Assembly (NCBI GenBank): GCA_963771175.1
Contig: CAVYSY010000033.1
Span: 1-64,000, forward strand
Reading direction: 5' to 3'
DNA from: an uncultured delta proteobacterium
Lineage (GTDB): Bacteria; Myxococcota; Myxococcia; Myxococcales; Myxococcaceae
DNA length: 64,000 bases
The position numbers were made by a program, and so were the translations under genes. The notes beneath the pieces were generated by a model, which saw only the letters and a list, made by a program, of their open reading frames with translations, ran no database searches and was not told the DNA's origin. This document shows positions 21,836-31,614 of this stretch, one piece after another; position 1 is the stretch's first letter; every line of letters begins with the position of its first letter.

Positions 21836-23155
21836 TCACGTGCCGGACGTAGTGCACGCGAGGGTCGCCCATCCGCATGAGCCAGGCCCCTGCTTGGAGA
21901 TCCGCTCAGGCGTGAGCGAGAAGAGGAAGGCCTGGTCCCAGTCCGGCTCGAGGTCCGAGACGGCGGCGATGAGAGCGAGCGCCGTCCCGGCGGCGCCGAA
22001 CTGGAGAGCGGCCACGGCGCGCTCCGGCTCCTGTCCGAACTGTCCGAGCAGGTAGCCCCCAACGCCGACGCCGGGCTGGCGCAGGGCCAGCGTGTGCCGC
22101 AACCAGAGCACGGCGGCCTCTTCGAAGACAGGCACGCCGGAGGCGCGGAACAGCCGGTGGAAGACGTGGGCAGTGCCCGACGTGCCACAGCACAGGTTGG
22201 CACTGCGCGGCAGGGGCTGGTCCAACGCCTCGCGCGCCACCGCGATGGCCCACGCCAGCGTGCGGGCCTGCCATTCGGGGTGGCCCCACACCCGGGCGGC
22301 CCACCACAGCACCCCGACGATGCCGGGATTGCCGGCACACCAACTGAAGCGCGCGTAGGGGTCGGCGAAGGGCTCATCCCCGTGCAGGTAGAAGGGAAAT
22401 CGCGGAGGGCCCTCCGGCCGGGCCTGGCGCGCCACCCACCGGAAACCCTTCTCGAGCAGGGCCTGGGCCCGCTCCCGGGCCACCCCGTGCGCATGGGCCG
22501 CCGCGAGCACGGCGAGCACGACGGGCACCCCGTGGGCCACGCCCATCATGTACAGGCCCCGGGGGAAGGCGGCCTCGCGCCCGAGGAGGGCCCAGTGGGA
22601 CGGCGGCATGGGCCAGGAGCTGCCGTCGTCGAGGGGCTGGGCCAGTTCCTCCAGCGTCTCCACCACGCGCTCCAGCAGCCGGCGCCCGGAGGGATGGGGC
22701 ATGCGCTCGAGGGCATACAGCCCGAGGCCCGCCAGTCCATCGCGGATGTCACAGGGATGCGGGAAGGGCGAGCGGCCCAGCTCCCGCTCCACCAGCTCGT
22801 CCGTGGCCGCACACAGCTCCTCCACGTCCAGGCCGGGGTGGTTCGCGGCGATGCGGGCCGCCGCCCAGCCCACGCCACTCAAGCCCACGTGAAGGCCGAG
22901 CACGGGCTTGCGCTCGCGGGCGAGGACGAAGAGTTCCGTGGCCCGCTCCAGGCAGACGCCCACCTCGTCCAACAGGCGCGAGTCGGTTGCCCGGGAGGCC
23001 ATGTCGAAGAAGAGCGCGAAGCCGGCATGGCCCGACAGGAGGCCCGCGGGCAGCTTCTCCCGGGGGGTGGCGACCACGTCCGCGACGATGTCCCGGATGG
23101 CCTCCAGGGCTTCCGTCTGGAGGGAACCGGAGAGCAACGGGGTCCAGGTGCGCAT
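21836..23155 (-). CDS. lanC: Lanthionine cyclase LanC
   Basis: GLHVGLSG, DIRDGLAG, GVAHG, SWCAGNPG, NLCCGTSG, GAAG repeats of the LANC-like barrel. Confidence 0.92.
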   Translation of the reverse strand: MRTWTPLLSGSLQTEALEAIRDIVADVVATPREKLPAGLLSGHAGFALFFDMASRATDSRLLDEVGVCLERATELFVLARERKPVLGLHVGLSGVGWAAARIAANHPGLDVEELCAATDELVERELGRSPFPHPCDIRDGLAGLGLYALERMPHPSGRRLLERVVETLEELAQPLDDGSSWPMPPSHWALLGREAAFPRGLYMMGVAHGVPVVLAVLAAAHAHGVARERAQALLEKGFRWVARQARPEGPPRFPFYLHGDEPFADPYARFSWCAGNPGIVGVLWWAARVWGHPEWQARTLAWAIAVAREALDQPLPRSANLCCGTSGTAHVFHRLFRASGVPVFEEAAVLWLRHTLALRQPGVGVGGYLLGQFGQEPERAVAALQFGAAGTALALIAAVSDLEPDWDQAFLFSLTPERISKQGPGSCGWATLACTTSGT

Positions 23156-23201
23156 GGGTCAGACGCAGACGAAGGGAATGGGCCTTGGCGCTTCCATGAG
23201 T

Positions 23202-23861
23202 TTACACGAAATTCCGATTCCGAATCGACCCGCCCAGGCCGCGCACCAGCAGCGCCAGGTTGGCGAGGACGAAGGTCAGCAGCACCAACGCCACCAGGAG
23301 CACCCCCCGGTCCGCACCGGGCCGCTCCCCTTCCACGATGAGCCACAGCCGCCCGTCCTGGGGCTGCACCTCCCCCATCTCCCGCAGCAACGTGAAGCCC
23401 TCGCGGTAGCGCTCCGCGTCCGCCTCGGCCAGGAGCCGCCCCCTGACGCCGAAGGGTCGCTGATCTGGCTGACGTGGCGCCCTCCCCGGAGCCCACTCCT
23501 CACCCGGGAGCGCTCGTCGGCGCACGAGGAACGGTGAGTCGCGCAGCCCCACCACCACGTACACGTCCTCGCCCTCGCGGCCGTAGGCGCCTCGGGCGGT
23601 GGGGATGCCATGCACCTGGACGTAGCGGTTGGACGCCAGGAGCTCGTAGCGGTACGCGCCCTCGGCTCCCAATGTGAGCGGCGTGCGCGGCGAGAAGAAG
23701 TACGCCAGGTCCTTCCTGAGCATCCCCAGCAGCGCCCCACCCACCAGGATCGCGAGCACGGCCACCGGGGCCTTCACCCCCACCCCGCGCCGCCGCTGGC
23801 GCGCCTCCAGCTCGGCGATGCGCCGATCCCGCTCCTGCTGCAGCTCCGAGTCGTTGGACAT
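23202..23861 (-). CDS. Hypothetical membrane protein
   Basis: Intact 219-aa ORF with N- and C-terminal TM helices, directly downstream of cdnL. Confidence 0.7.
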   Translation of the reverse strand: MSNDSELQQERDRRIAELEARQRRRGVGVKAPVAVLAILVGGALLGMLRKDLAYFFSPRTPLTLGAEGAYRYELLASNRYVQVHGIPTARGAYGREGEDVYVVVGLRDSPFLVRRRALPGEEWAPGRAPRQPDQRPFGVRGRLLAEADAERYREGFTLLREMGEVQPQDGRLWLIVEGERPGADRGVLLVALVLLTFVLANLALLVRGLGGSIRNRNFV

Positions 23862-23862
23862 G

Positions 23863-23900
23863 AAAAACCCCGGTCCCCACCTTCGGGGAACCGGGGCTTT
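23863..23900 (-). terminator. Intrinsic terminator after cdnL
   Basis: Minus strand AAAGCCCCGGTTCCCC-GAAGGT-GGGGACCGGGGTTTTT. Confidence 0.7.
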
Positions 23901-23928
23901 CTACCTCCGCCTCGCGAGGCGGGGGTGA

Positions 23929-24423
23929 CTAGGCGAGATTGAAGATCTTCTTCAGATCCGACTCGACCTCATCCTCGGAGCAGTCCTTGGCGAGCGACAG
24001 CTCCTTGATCAGCAGCGAGCGCGCGGTATCCAGCATCTTGCGCTCACCGAAGGACAGATCCTTGTCGCCCTTCAGAAGGTAGAGGTCACGAAGCACCTCG
24101 GCGATCTCGAACACGGATCCCGTCTTGATCTTCTCCATGTACTCCCGGTAGCGACGGTTCCACGTCGTGGAGTCGACCGAGATGTCCTTCTCCTTCAGGA
24201 TGGAGTAGACCTGCTTGACGTCGTCCTCGCTGATGATCTCCCGGAGGCCGACCGAGCCCACCTTGTTGATTGGGATCATGATCCGCATCCCATTCTCCAG
24301 GATGCGCAGCACGTAGAAGGACTGGCGCTGCCCAGCGACTTCGGTGTGCTCAATCCCCATGACTTCGCCAACGCCCTGCCCGGGGTACACCGCTTTGTCG
24401 CCGGTCTTGAAGCTCGTCTGCAC
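23929..24423 (-). CDS. cdnL: CarD_CdnL_TRCF-family RNA polymerase-binding factor CdnL
   Basis: 164 aa, FKTGDKAVYPGQGVGEV...TWNRRYREYMEKIKTG...KDLSFGERKML; matches myxobacterial CdnL as I recall it. Confidence 0.93.
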   Translation of the reverse strand: MQTSFKTGDKAVYPGQGVGEVMGIEHTEVAGQRQSFYVLRILENGMRIMIPINKVGSVGLREIISEDDVKQVYSILKEKDISVDSTTWNRRYREYMEKIKTGSVFEIAEVLRDLYLLKGDKDLSFGERKMLDTARSLLIKELSLAKDCSEDEVESDLKKIFNLA

Positions 24424-24621
24424 TCGTTACCGCCTCCTTGGATGGCTCGACACCCGGCCTCAGAAAGCAACTCACGAGTACCACAATCCACCCCTTGCAG
24501 CAACACTGAAGCCTTGACCCGCCCAGAATCTCCCGACTAGCGTGGTGACTTTACGTATGCGCGCTCGCTCGGTAGGGCGAGTCGCCACGACGGGACGGAT
24601 TGGGTTGGTGGTGGGGGGTGG

Positions 24622-27110
24622 ATGGTGGGCCGATACTCGTGGCGTGATCTGACCGCGCGTCCTCTCTTCTTCCCCGCCGTGAGCCTCCTACTTGGCGCGG
24701 GGTTGGGCTCGAAAACGAGCGTTGTCGCCGGATTATTCCAGCTAATGGCCGCCTTGGCCGTGGGCATCGCCTCCCTTTGGCTCGCTCGCCTGCCTGGTGC
24801 CCATCTGGGCGTGCTCCTGTGCCTCGGGCTCTCCGGAGCCGGATTGGCCGCCCTGGAGGCGGGAGCCGATGTGCCGCGCGCACTCCAAGAAGGTGGCACC
24901 GCGGTGCTGGAGGGCGAGGTGGAGCGCGTGGAACACTTCGAGGACTCCACCCGCCTCCTGGTGGCGGTGGCCCGCGTGGGAAAAGGAGCCGGGACGCCCG
25001 CCCGCTTCCACGCGAGCCTCTACGCCCAGGGTGAGCCCCCCTCGCTGCTGCCCGGCCAGCGCGTCCGCGTGGAGGCCAGGCTCAAGCCGCTCGAGTCCGC
25101 GCTGAACCCCGGAGAAAAGGATTTATCCGCAACACGGCGACGACAGGGGCTCGTCTTCACCGGCAGCTTCCCGTCCGCGGGGCTGCTGGTGCTGTCCCCG
25201 CCCTCGGGCTGGCGCCAGGAGCTGGTGCGCACGCAGGCGGGGCTCTCCGAGGCGCGTGCGCGCCGTGGCTCCGTCGGCGGATTCCGCGGCCCTCTTCCTC
25301 ACCCTGGCCGCCGGGGCAGCGCGCCGCGCTCGATGATGACCTGGAGGAGGACTTCTCCCGAAGCGGACTCGCGCACGTGCTCAGCGTGAGCGGGCTGCAC
25401 GTGGCGGCGCTCGCGCTCATGACGCTGGCCCTGCTGCGCCGATTGCTCGTCCTGGCCGGGTCGCGGCTGCGGAGCCTGCGGCGCGTGGATGCCCGCCGGC
25501 TGGCCGCCCCCGCCTCGGTGCCCTTCGTCTGGGCCTATGTCGTCTTCACCGGCAACCAGCCGCCCGCGGTGCGCTCGGCGGTGATGGCCACGGTGGTGCT
25601 GCTGGGGCTCGCGCTCTGGCGGCGGGCCGATGGGCTCAACAGCCTCGCCGCCGCCGCCGCGCTGCTCGTGGCCTGGGCGCCCTCCAGCGTCGCGGACCTG
25701 TCGCTGCAACTGTCCTTCCTCGCCGTCTTCAGCCTGCTGCTGCTCACCCCCGCCCTGCGCGAGGCCGTCCCCCTCGCTCCTCCCGACCCGCGCGAGTCCC
25801 ACCGGCTGAAGCGCCTGCTCGCGAGCACCCGGGAGACGGTGCTGGAGACGTTCTGCGCGAGCCTCGCGGTGACGGTGGCCAGCATTCCCCTGGTGGCCGG
25901 CACCTTCGGTCGCGCGAGCCTCGCGGGGCTCATCTCCAACATCGTCTGCATGCCGCTGTGCGGACTGCTCACCGGGTTCGCGGCCGGTGGCGCGGCCCTC
26001 TACGTGGTGGCGCCGGTGCTGGCCACGCCGCTGCTGTGGGGCGGAGCGTGGGTCTCACAGTTGCTCCTGGTGTTCACCCGCTTCTTCGCACACGTGCCGC
26101 TGGCCACGGTGGACCTGCCCACCTTCGGCACCGCGGCCACCCTGCTCTACGCCGCGGGGCTCGCGTGCTGGGCCCTGGGCGAGCGGCGCTGGCGCCTGGG
26201 CGGGCTGCTCGCGCCCGTGGGCGTGGCGCTCGTCGTGCTCGTGCCTCGCCTCACTCCCGAGCCCGGGCTGCGCATCACCTTCCTCTCCGTGGGTCAGGGG
26301 GACTCGGTGCTGCTCAGCTCCCGGGGGCACCATGCCCTCGTCGATGGCGGGGGTGTGCCCGGCGGCGCGGACCCGGGGCTCCGCGTCGTCGTCCCCTTCC
26401 TGCGCGCCTCGCGCATCGAGCGGCTCGACCTCGCCGTCCTCTCCCATCCGCATCCGGACCATGCGCTCGGGCTCATCTCCACGCTGGAGCAGGTGCCCAC
26501 CGAGCGCCTCTGGCTCTCCGCCGACAGCGCGGACGGGCACCTGTCCCGGAAGCTCGTGGCCGCGGCCTCCGGCGCTCTCGTGGAGGAGGTGCAGCTCGGT
26601 CATCCGTCCTACGCCCTGGGCGAGGCGACCCTGGAGGTGCTCGGCCCGCCCGAGGACCGCGAGTTGATGGAGGGCGTGAATGACAAGAGCGTGGTGTTCC
26701 TCGTGCGCCACGGCGACGTCACCGTGCTGCTCCCCGGCGACGTGGAGGAAGAGGGCGAGGCCGCGCTCCTCGCGAGTGGACGGCTCGGGCCGGTGACGGT
26801 GCTGAAGGCGCCGCACCACGGCTCGCGCACCTCGTCCTCGGAGGAGTTCCTCGAACGGCTGCGCCCGCGCTACGTCGTCTTCTGCGTGGGCCGCCGCAAC
26901 CGCTTCGGCTTCCCCCACCCCGAGGTGGAGGAGCGCTACCGGACCCTGGGCACCGAGTGCCTGCGCACGGACGTCCACGGCGCCATCACGCTGGAGAGCG
27001 ATGGGCACGACATCCGACTGAGCACCTTCCTGACTCCAGAGGCCCCGGCTCCCGAGGCTCCGGTCGCCTCGCGCTCCGAGCCTCGAGACGGGCTTCGGCC
27101 CGAGCACTGA
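24622..27110 (+). CDS. comEC: ComEC/Rec2 DNA-uptake protein (frameshifts near 25,250-25,370)
   Basis: HVLSVSGLHV, PAVRSAVM, SLQLSF, then a C-terminal MBL domain (SVGQGDS, SHPHPDH, NDKS, HHGSRTSS). Confidence 0.9.
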
Positions 27111-27243
27111 GCAGGCCCGTCCGGTGCCATTGCCCTGGAGGGTGAAGGGCGCGATGCCCGCCCGAGCCCCCTCCAGGCTCCCGAGGCCCCGGTTCAGGCG
27201 GACCCGGTTGCCCCAGCGGACTTCCATCACCAGCCTTGGGACG

Positions 27244-27498
27244 ATGATTTCCGACGACCTGGATCTGCGGCTGCTCACCGCCGAACTGAAGCACAGGCTC
27301 GCCCCGGGCGAGCCCGTGGGCTATCTGCGCGGCAAGTCGCTCATGCGCGATCTGCTCGTGGAGATGAAGGGCTTCTCCGAGTACGAGGCCGAGGAGCTCG
27401 TCGACACCCTCGAAGGGCGCGGCTTCCTGCGCTTCCTGGGGGACCCCTCCGAGCGTTCCGTCGCGGACGCCCCCTGGGAGATCTCCCCCCACTCGTAG
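27244..27498 (+). CDS. Small hypothetical protein
   Basis: MISDDLDLRLLTAELK...GYLRGKSLMRD...EAEELVDTLE; protein-like composition. Confidence 0.65.
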   Translation: MISDDLDLRLLTAELKHRLAPGEPVGYLRGKSLMRDLLVEMKGFSEYEAEELVDTLEGRGFLRFLGDPSERSVADAPWEISPHS

Positions 27499-27501
27499 CG
27501 C

Positions 27502-28701
27502 CTACTCGAAGACGAGCCAACCGAAGCGCGGCAGCGCGTGGAAGTCCCCCACGAAGAGTGGCGAGAAGGACTGGCCTTCCACCTGCTGCCGCCCCACGTG
27601 CTCCAGCCGGTAGAGGTTGAAGCGCCAGCGCTCGCCCTTCTTCGGCGGAAGGTTCGGCACCTCGGCCAGCCGGGCGAAGGGAATCTTCATCTCCACCCGC
27701 CAGCCCTCGTCGCGGTCCGCGGGGTTGTCCACCGTGCCGCGCACCTTCACCGCCGTCGTCATCCCCGAGTCCCAGCTCAGGTCCATCCCCTGCCGGCGCG
27801 CGGGGAAGTAGGCGTCGAAGTTCACGTTGTGCGGAGACACCTGCATCTCGTTGTAGGTGCGCCCGTCCGCGTTGGCGTCGAGGAAGATCTCCACCACCTC
27901 CTGCTCGTAGATGGGCTCGTCCCGCTTGCGGAGCGTGCCCCAGACGTCCGGATCCTCCGCATCGAAGGCAACGTAGAGGGACTGGTCGTCGTAGGTCAGG
28001 CGCGCCTCGGTGCGCAGCGAGGGCTGGCGCCCATCGAAGCTGCCGCGCAGCACCACCGGGGCGGCGTCCTTCCACGCCGCGTCATTGAGCTCGCCGTCGA
28101 TGACCGGGGCTCGGGTCGTGCGACGAACCGTGTACTCGGGCAGCGACGGGAGGGCACCGCCGAGCTGCGGACCCAGCACCCGGTTGTCGCCCATGTGCGC
28201 CTTCGGCTCGTCCACCGGGAGGCGCGAGTCCCCCTGCCAGAAGCCGAGCACCACCCGGCCGGGCGTCGCGGGCATCGGCACCGTGTGGACGTCCTCCACC
28301 ACCTTGCCCACGGGCCAGGAGCCCACGGGCGCGGCGCCGCCCGCGAAGGAGTGGTCCGCATTGACGAGCATCTGCCCGCTGGCCGGGTCCACCACGTGGA
28401 CGAAGAAGTCCCAACCCGGGGGCATGGGGCGCAGGGCCTCGAAGTAGTGCGCGAGCTGCACCGGCTGCCCGGGCTGCGCCCCCTGTGGGGTGACGCGCGT
28501 ACCGAGGTAGCGCACCGCGCCTCCACCCAGAGTGGCCCCACTGCGGTACGTGAGGTCCGCCGGCGCGGCCTCCAGCACGCGGGCCTGGGTAGGTGGGGGC
28601 AAGGCCTTCGCGCGAGGCTTCGGGCCGGCCTGCTCGTCGCGACAGGAGGTGGCGAGCAGCATGAGCAGCGAGAGCGACAGGAGGCGGGAGGCAGGGCGCA
28701 T
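27502..28701 (-). CDS. Lipoprotein with a CBM9-like/DOMON sugar-binding domain
   Basis: Lipobox LATSC; APVIDGELNDAAW, YDDQSLYVAF, EVVEIFLD, WRVEMKIPF, WRFNLYR, DFH. Confidence 0.8.
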   Translation of the reverse strand: MRPASRLLSLSLLMLLATSCRDEQAGPKPRAKALPPPTQARVLEAAPADLTYRSGATLGGGAVRYLGTRVTPQGAQPGQPVQLAHYFEALRPMPPGWDFFVHVVDPASGQMLVNADHSFAGGAAPVGSWPVGKVVEDVHTVPMPATPGRVVLGFWQGDSRLPVDEPKAHMGDNRVLGPQLGGALPSLPEYTVRRTTRAPVIDGELNDAAWKDAAPVVLRGSFDGRQPSLRTEARLTYDDQSLYVAFDAEDPDVWGTLRKRDEPIYEQEVVEIFLDANADGRTYNEMQVSPHNVNFDAYFPARRQGMDLSWDSGMTTAVKVRGTVDNPADRDEGWRVEMKIPFARLAEVPNLPPKKGERWRFNLYRLEHVGRQQVEGQSFSPLFVGDFHALPRFGWLVFE

Positions 28702-28869
28702 CGAGGCCGCGAATCCTAGGACCCCCTCTGGCGGATGTCTCGGAGAAGGGACCCGAACTCCGTCCACGAGGGTGGACGGAGGGCCGGAGCCGGGACGCCC
28801 CGGAGGCGGCAACCCCCCGGAACTCCGCCCGTCCGAGCCGGCACCCGGTTTGCTGCCCTCGACCGCGCC

Positions 28870-29736
28870 ATGCACTTCGAATTCGAGCACCTGGGTACCA
28901 CCACCCCCTTCGAGCTGCCCGAGGGCCTCCACCTGCTGGGCGGAGGCGCCGAGGATCACATCCGGCTCGAGGGGCTCCCGTCCGGCCTGCTGACGCTGCG
29001 CATCGAGGACCACCGCTTGATGGTGGAAGCCACCCGCACCTTCACCGTGGAGGGCGTGATGGTGCCCTCGGGTGTCCCACGCCTCGTGCTGCCGGGAGAG
29101 GTGGTGGGACTGCCCGACATGATGAGCCTGAAGGTGATGGACCTCGACGGTGACGCCGAGCGGCAGGTGGGCACCCTGGCCGTCCTCAAGAACCTCCTCA
29201 CGGACACGGAGGCCCTGACGCCCTCGCGGGCCGCCGCCCTCACCTGTCTCACCGGGGCGGACGTGGGCCGCACCTTCGCCCTCGCCGAGGCGAGCACCGA
29301 GCTCGGCCGGGGCAAGGAGGTGGCCGTGCGCCTGCGGGACATCGCCGTGTCCCGCCGTCACGCGCGCGTGCGCCACCAGGACGGTGCCTTCCTCCTGGAG
29401 GGCCTGGGCAGTCCCAACGGCGTCTTCCTCAACGGCAAGCGGGTGGAGGCGCCCTCCCCGCTCGCCGAGGGCGATGTCATCGAATTGGGCCGGACGCTGC
29501 TGCGCTTCCAGGCGCCCATGGCCGAGCCGCCACCTCCCCCGGAGAAGAAGAGTCCCCCGCCCGAGACGGAGACGGCCTCCGCGCCAACCGAGGAGCCTGC
29601 TCCCCCCCACGAGGCACCCGCGACGCCCTCCGACGGGGACGCACCGGAGCGCCCGCGGTGGGAGTGGTGGCTCATCGGCCTCGGGGCAACGACGGCCCTG
29701 GCGGGGCTGCTCGCCACCTACGCCCTGGCGGGCTGA
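28870..29736 (+). CDS. FHA-domain protein with a C-terminal TM helix
   Basis: LGRGKEVAVRLRDIAVSRRHARV...LGSPNGVFLNG. Confidence 0.85.
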   Translation: MHFEFEHLGTTTPFELPEGLHLLGGGAEDHIRLEGLPSGLLTLRIEDHRLMVEATRTFTVEGVMVPSGVPRLVLPGEVVGLPDMMSLKVMDLDGDAERQVGTLAVLKNLLTDTEALTPSRAAALTCLTGADVGRTFALAEASTELGRGKEVAVRLRDIAVSRRHARVRHQDGAFLLEGLGSPNGVFLNGKRVEAPSPLAEGDVIELGRTLLRFQAPMAEPPPPPEKKSPPPETETASAPTEEPAPPHEAPATPSDGDAPERPRWEWWLIGLGATTALAGLLATYALAG

Positions 29737-29739
29737 ACG

Positions 29740-30171
29740 TCAGGCGCGCAGGGGCGAGAGGCCGGCGCGCTCGACGAGGAGCCGTGCCAGGTCGCGGTGA
29801 TGCGCGAAGAAGCTGGTGAAGTGCACGAGGCCGCGGCGACACCGCACGGCGTACACCGTCACCGGTCCGGGCAACACCTCCACCTTGTTGATGTCGGCGA
29901 AGGAGAAGCGCCGCGTGCGTACCAGCCCCCGGTAGGTGATGCCTCCCGCGTCCACGATGATCCGGGTGCGGCCGTAGTACGTCACCGACACCCCGAAGAA
30001 GAGGACGAAGAAGACCGCGGAGAGGAACGTCTGGAGGGGGACTCCGTCGAAACGGAGCAGGTACAGCAGCACCCCCAGCCACAGCAGCGTCGCGCCCCCC
30101 ATGATGGCCGCGAGCACCCGGTGAGGGCGAAATACCTCCTGCCTGCCTTCCTTCGGTTCGCGCCCGGTCAT
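29740..30171 (-). CDS. Membrane protein with a bacterial PH-like domain
   Basis: Two TM helices, then IIVDAGGITYRGLVRTRRFSFADI. Confidence 0.65.
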   Translation of the reverse strand: MTGREPKEGRQEVFRPHRVLAAIMGGATLLWLGVLLYLLRFDGVPLQTFLSAVFFVLFFGVSVTYYGRTRIIVDAGGITYRGLVRTRRFSFADINKVEVLPGPVTVYAVRCRRGLVHFTSFFAHHRDLARLLVERAGLSPLRA

Positions 30172-30291
30172 ACCGGTGAACCTAAGGTCCCGGCCTGACA
30201 TGCGCCACCCGCTCCCCGGGCAAGGGAGTCCGTGGGTTGACTTCCTGGGAACTCCGAATGTTCGGAGTTCCTCAGCCATGTCCGGAGCCGC

Positions 30292-31614
<1,323 letters not shown>

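Noticed and set aside
25240..25380. comEC inactivation (loss of competence)
   Set aside because: The indels are clustered locally and the rest of the gene is conserved; they cannot be told apart from sequencing error.
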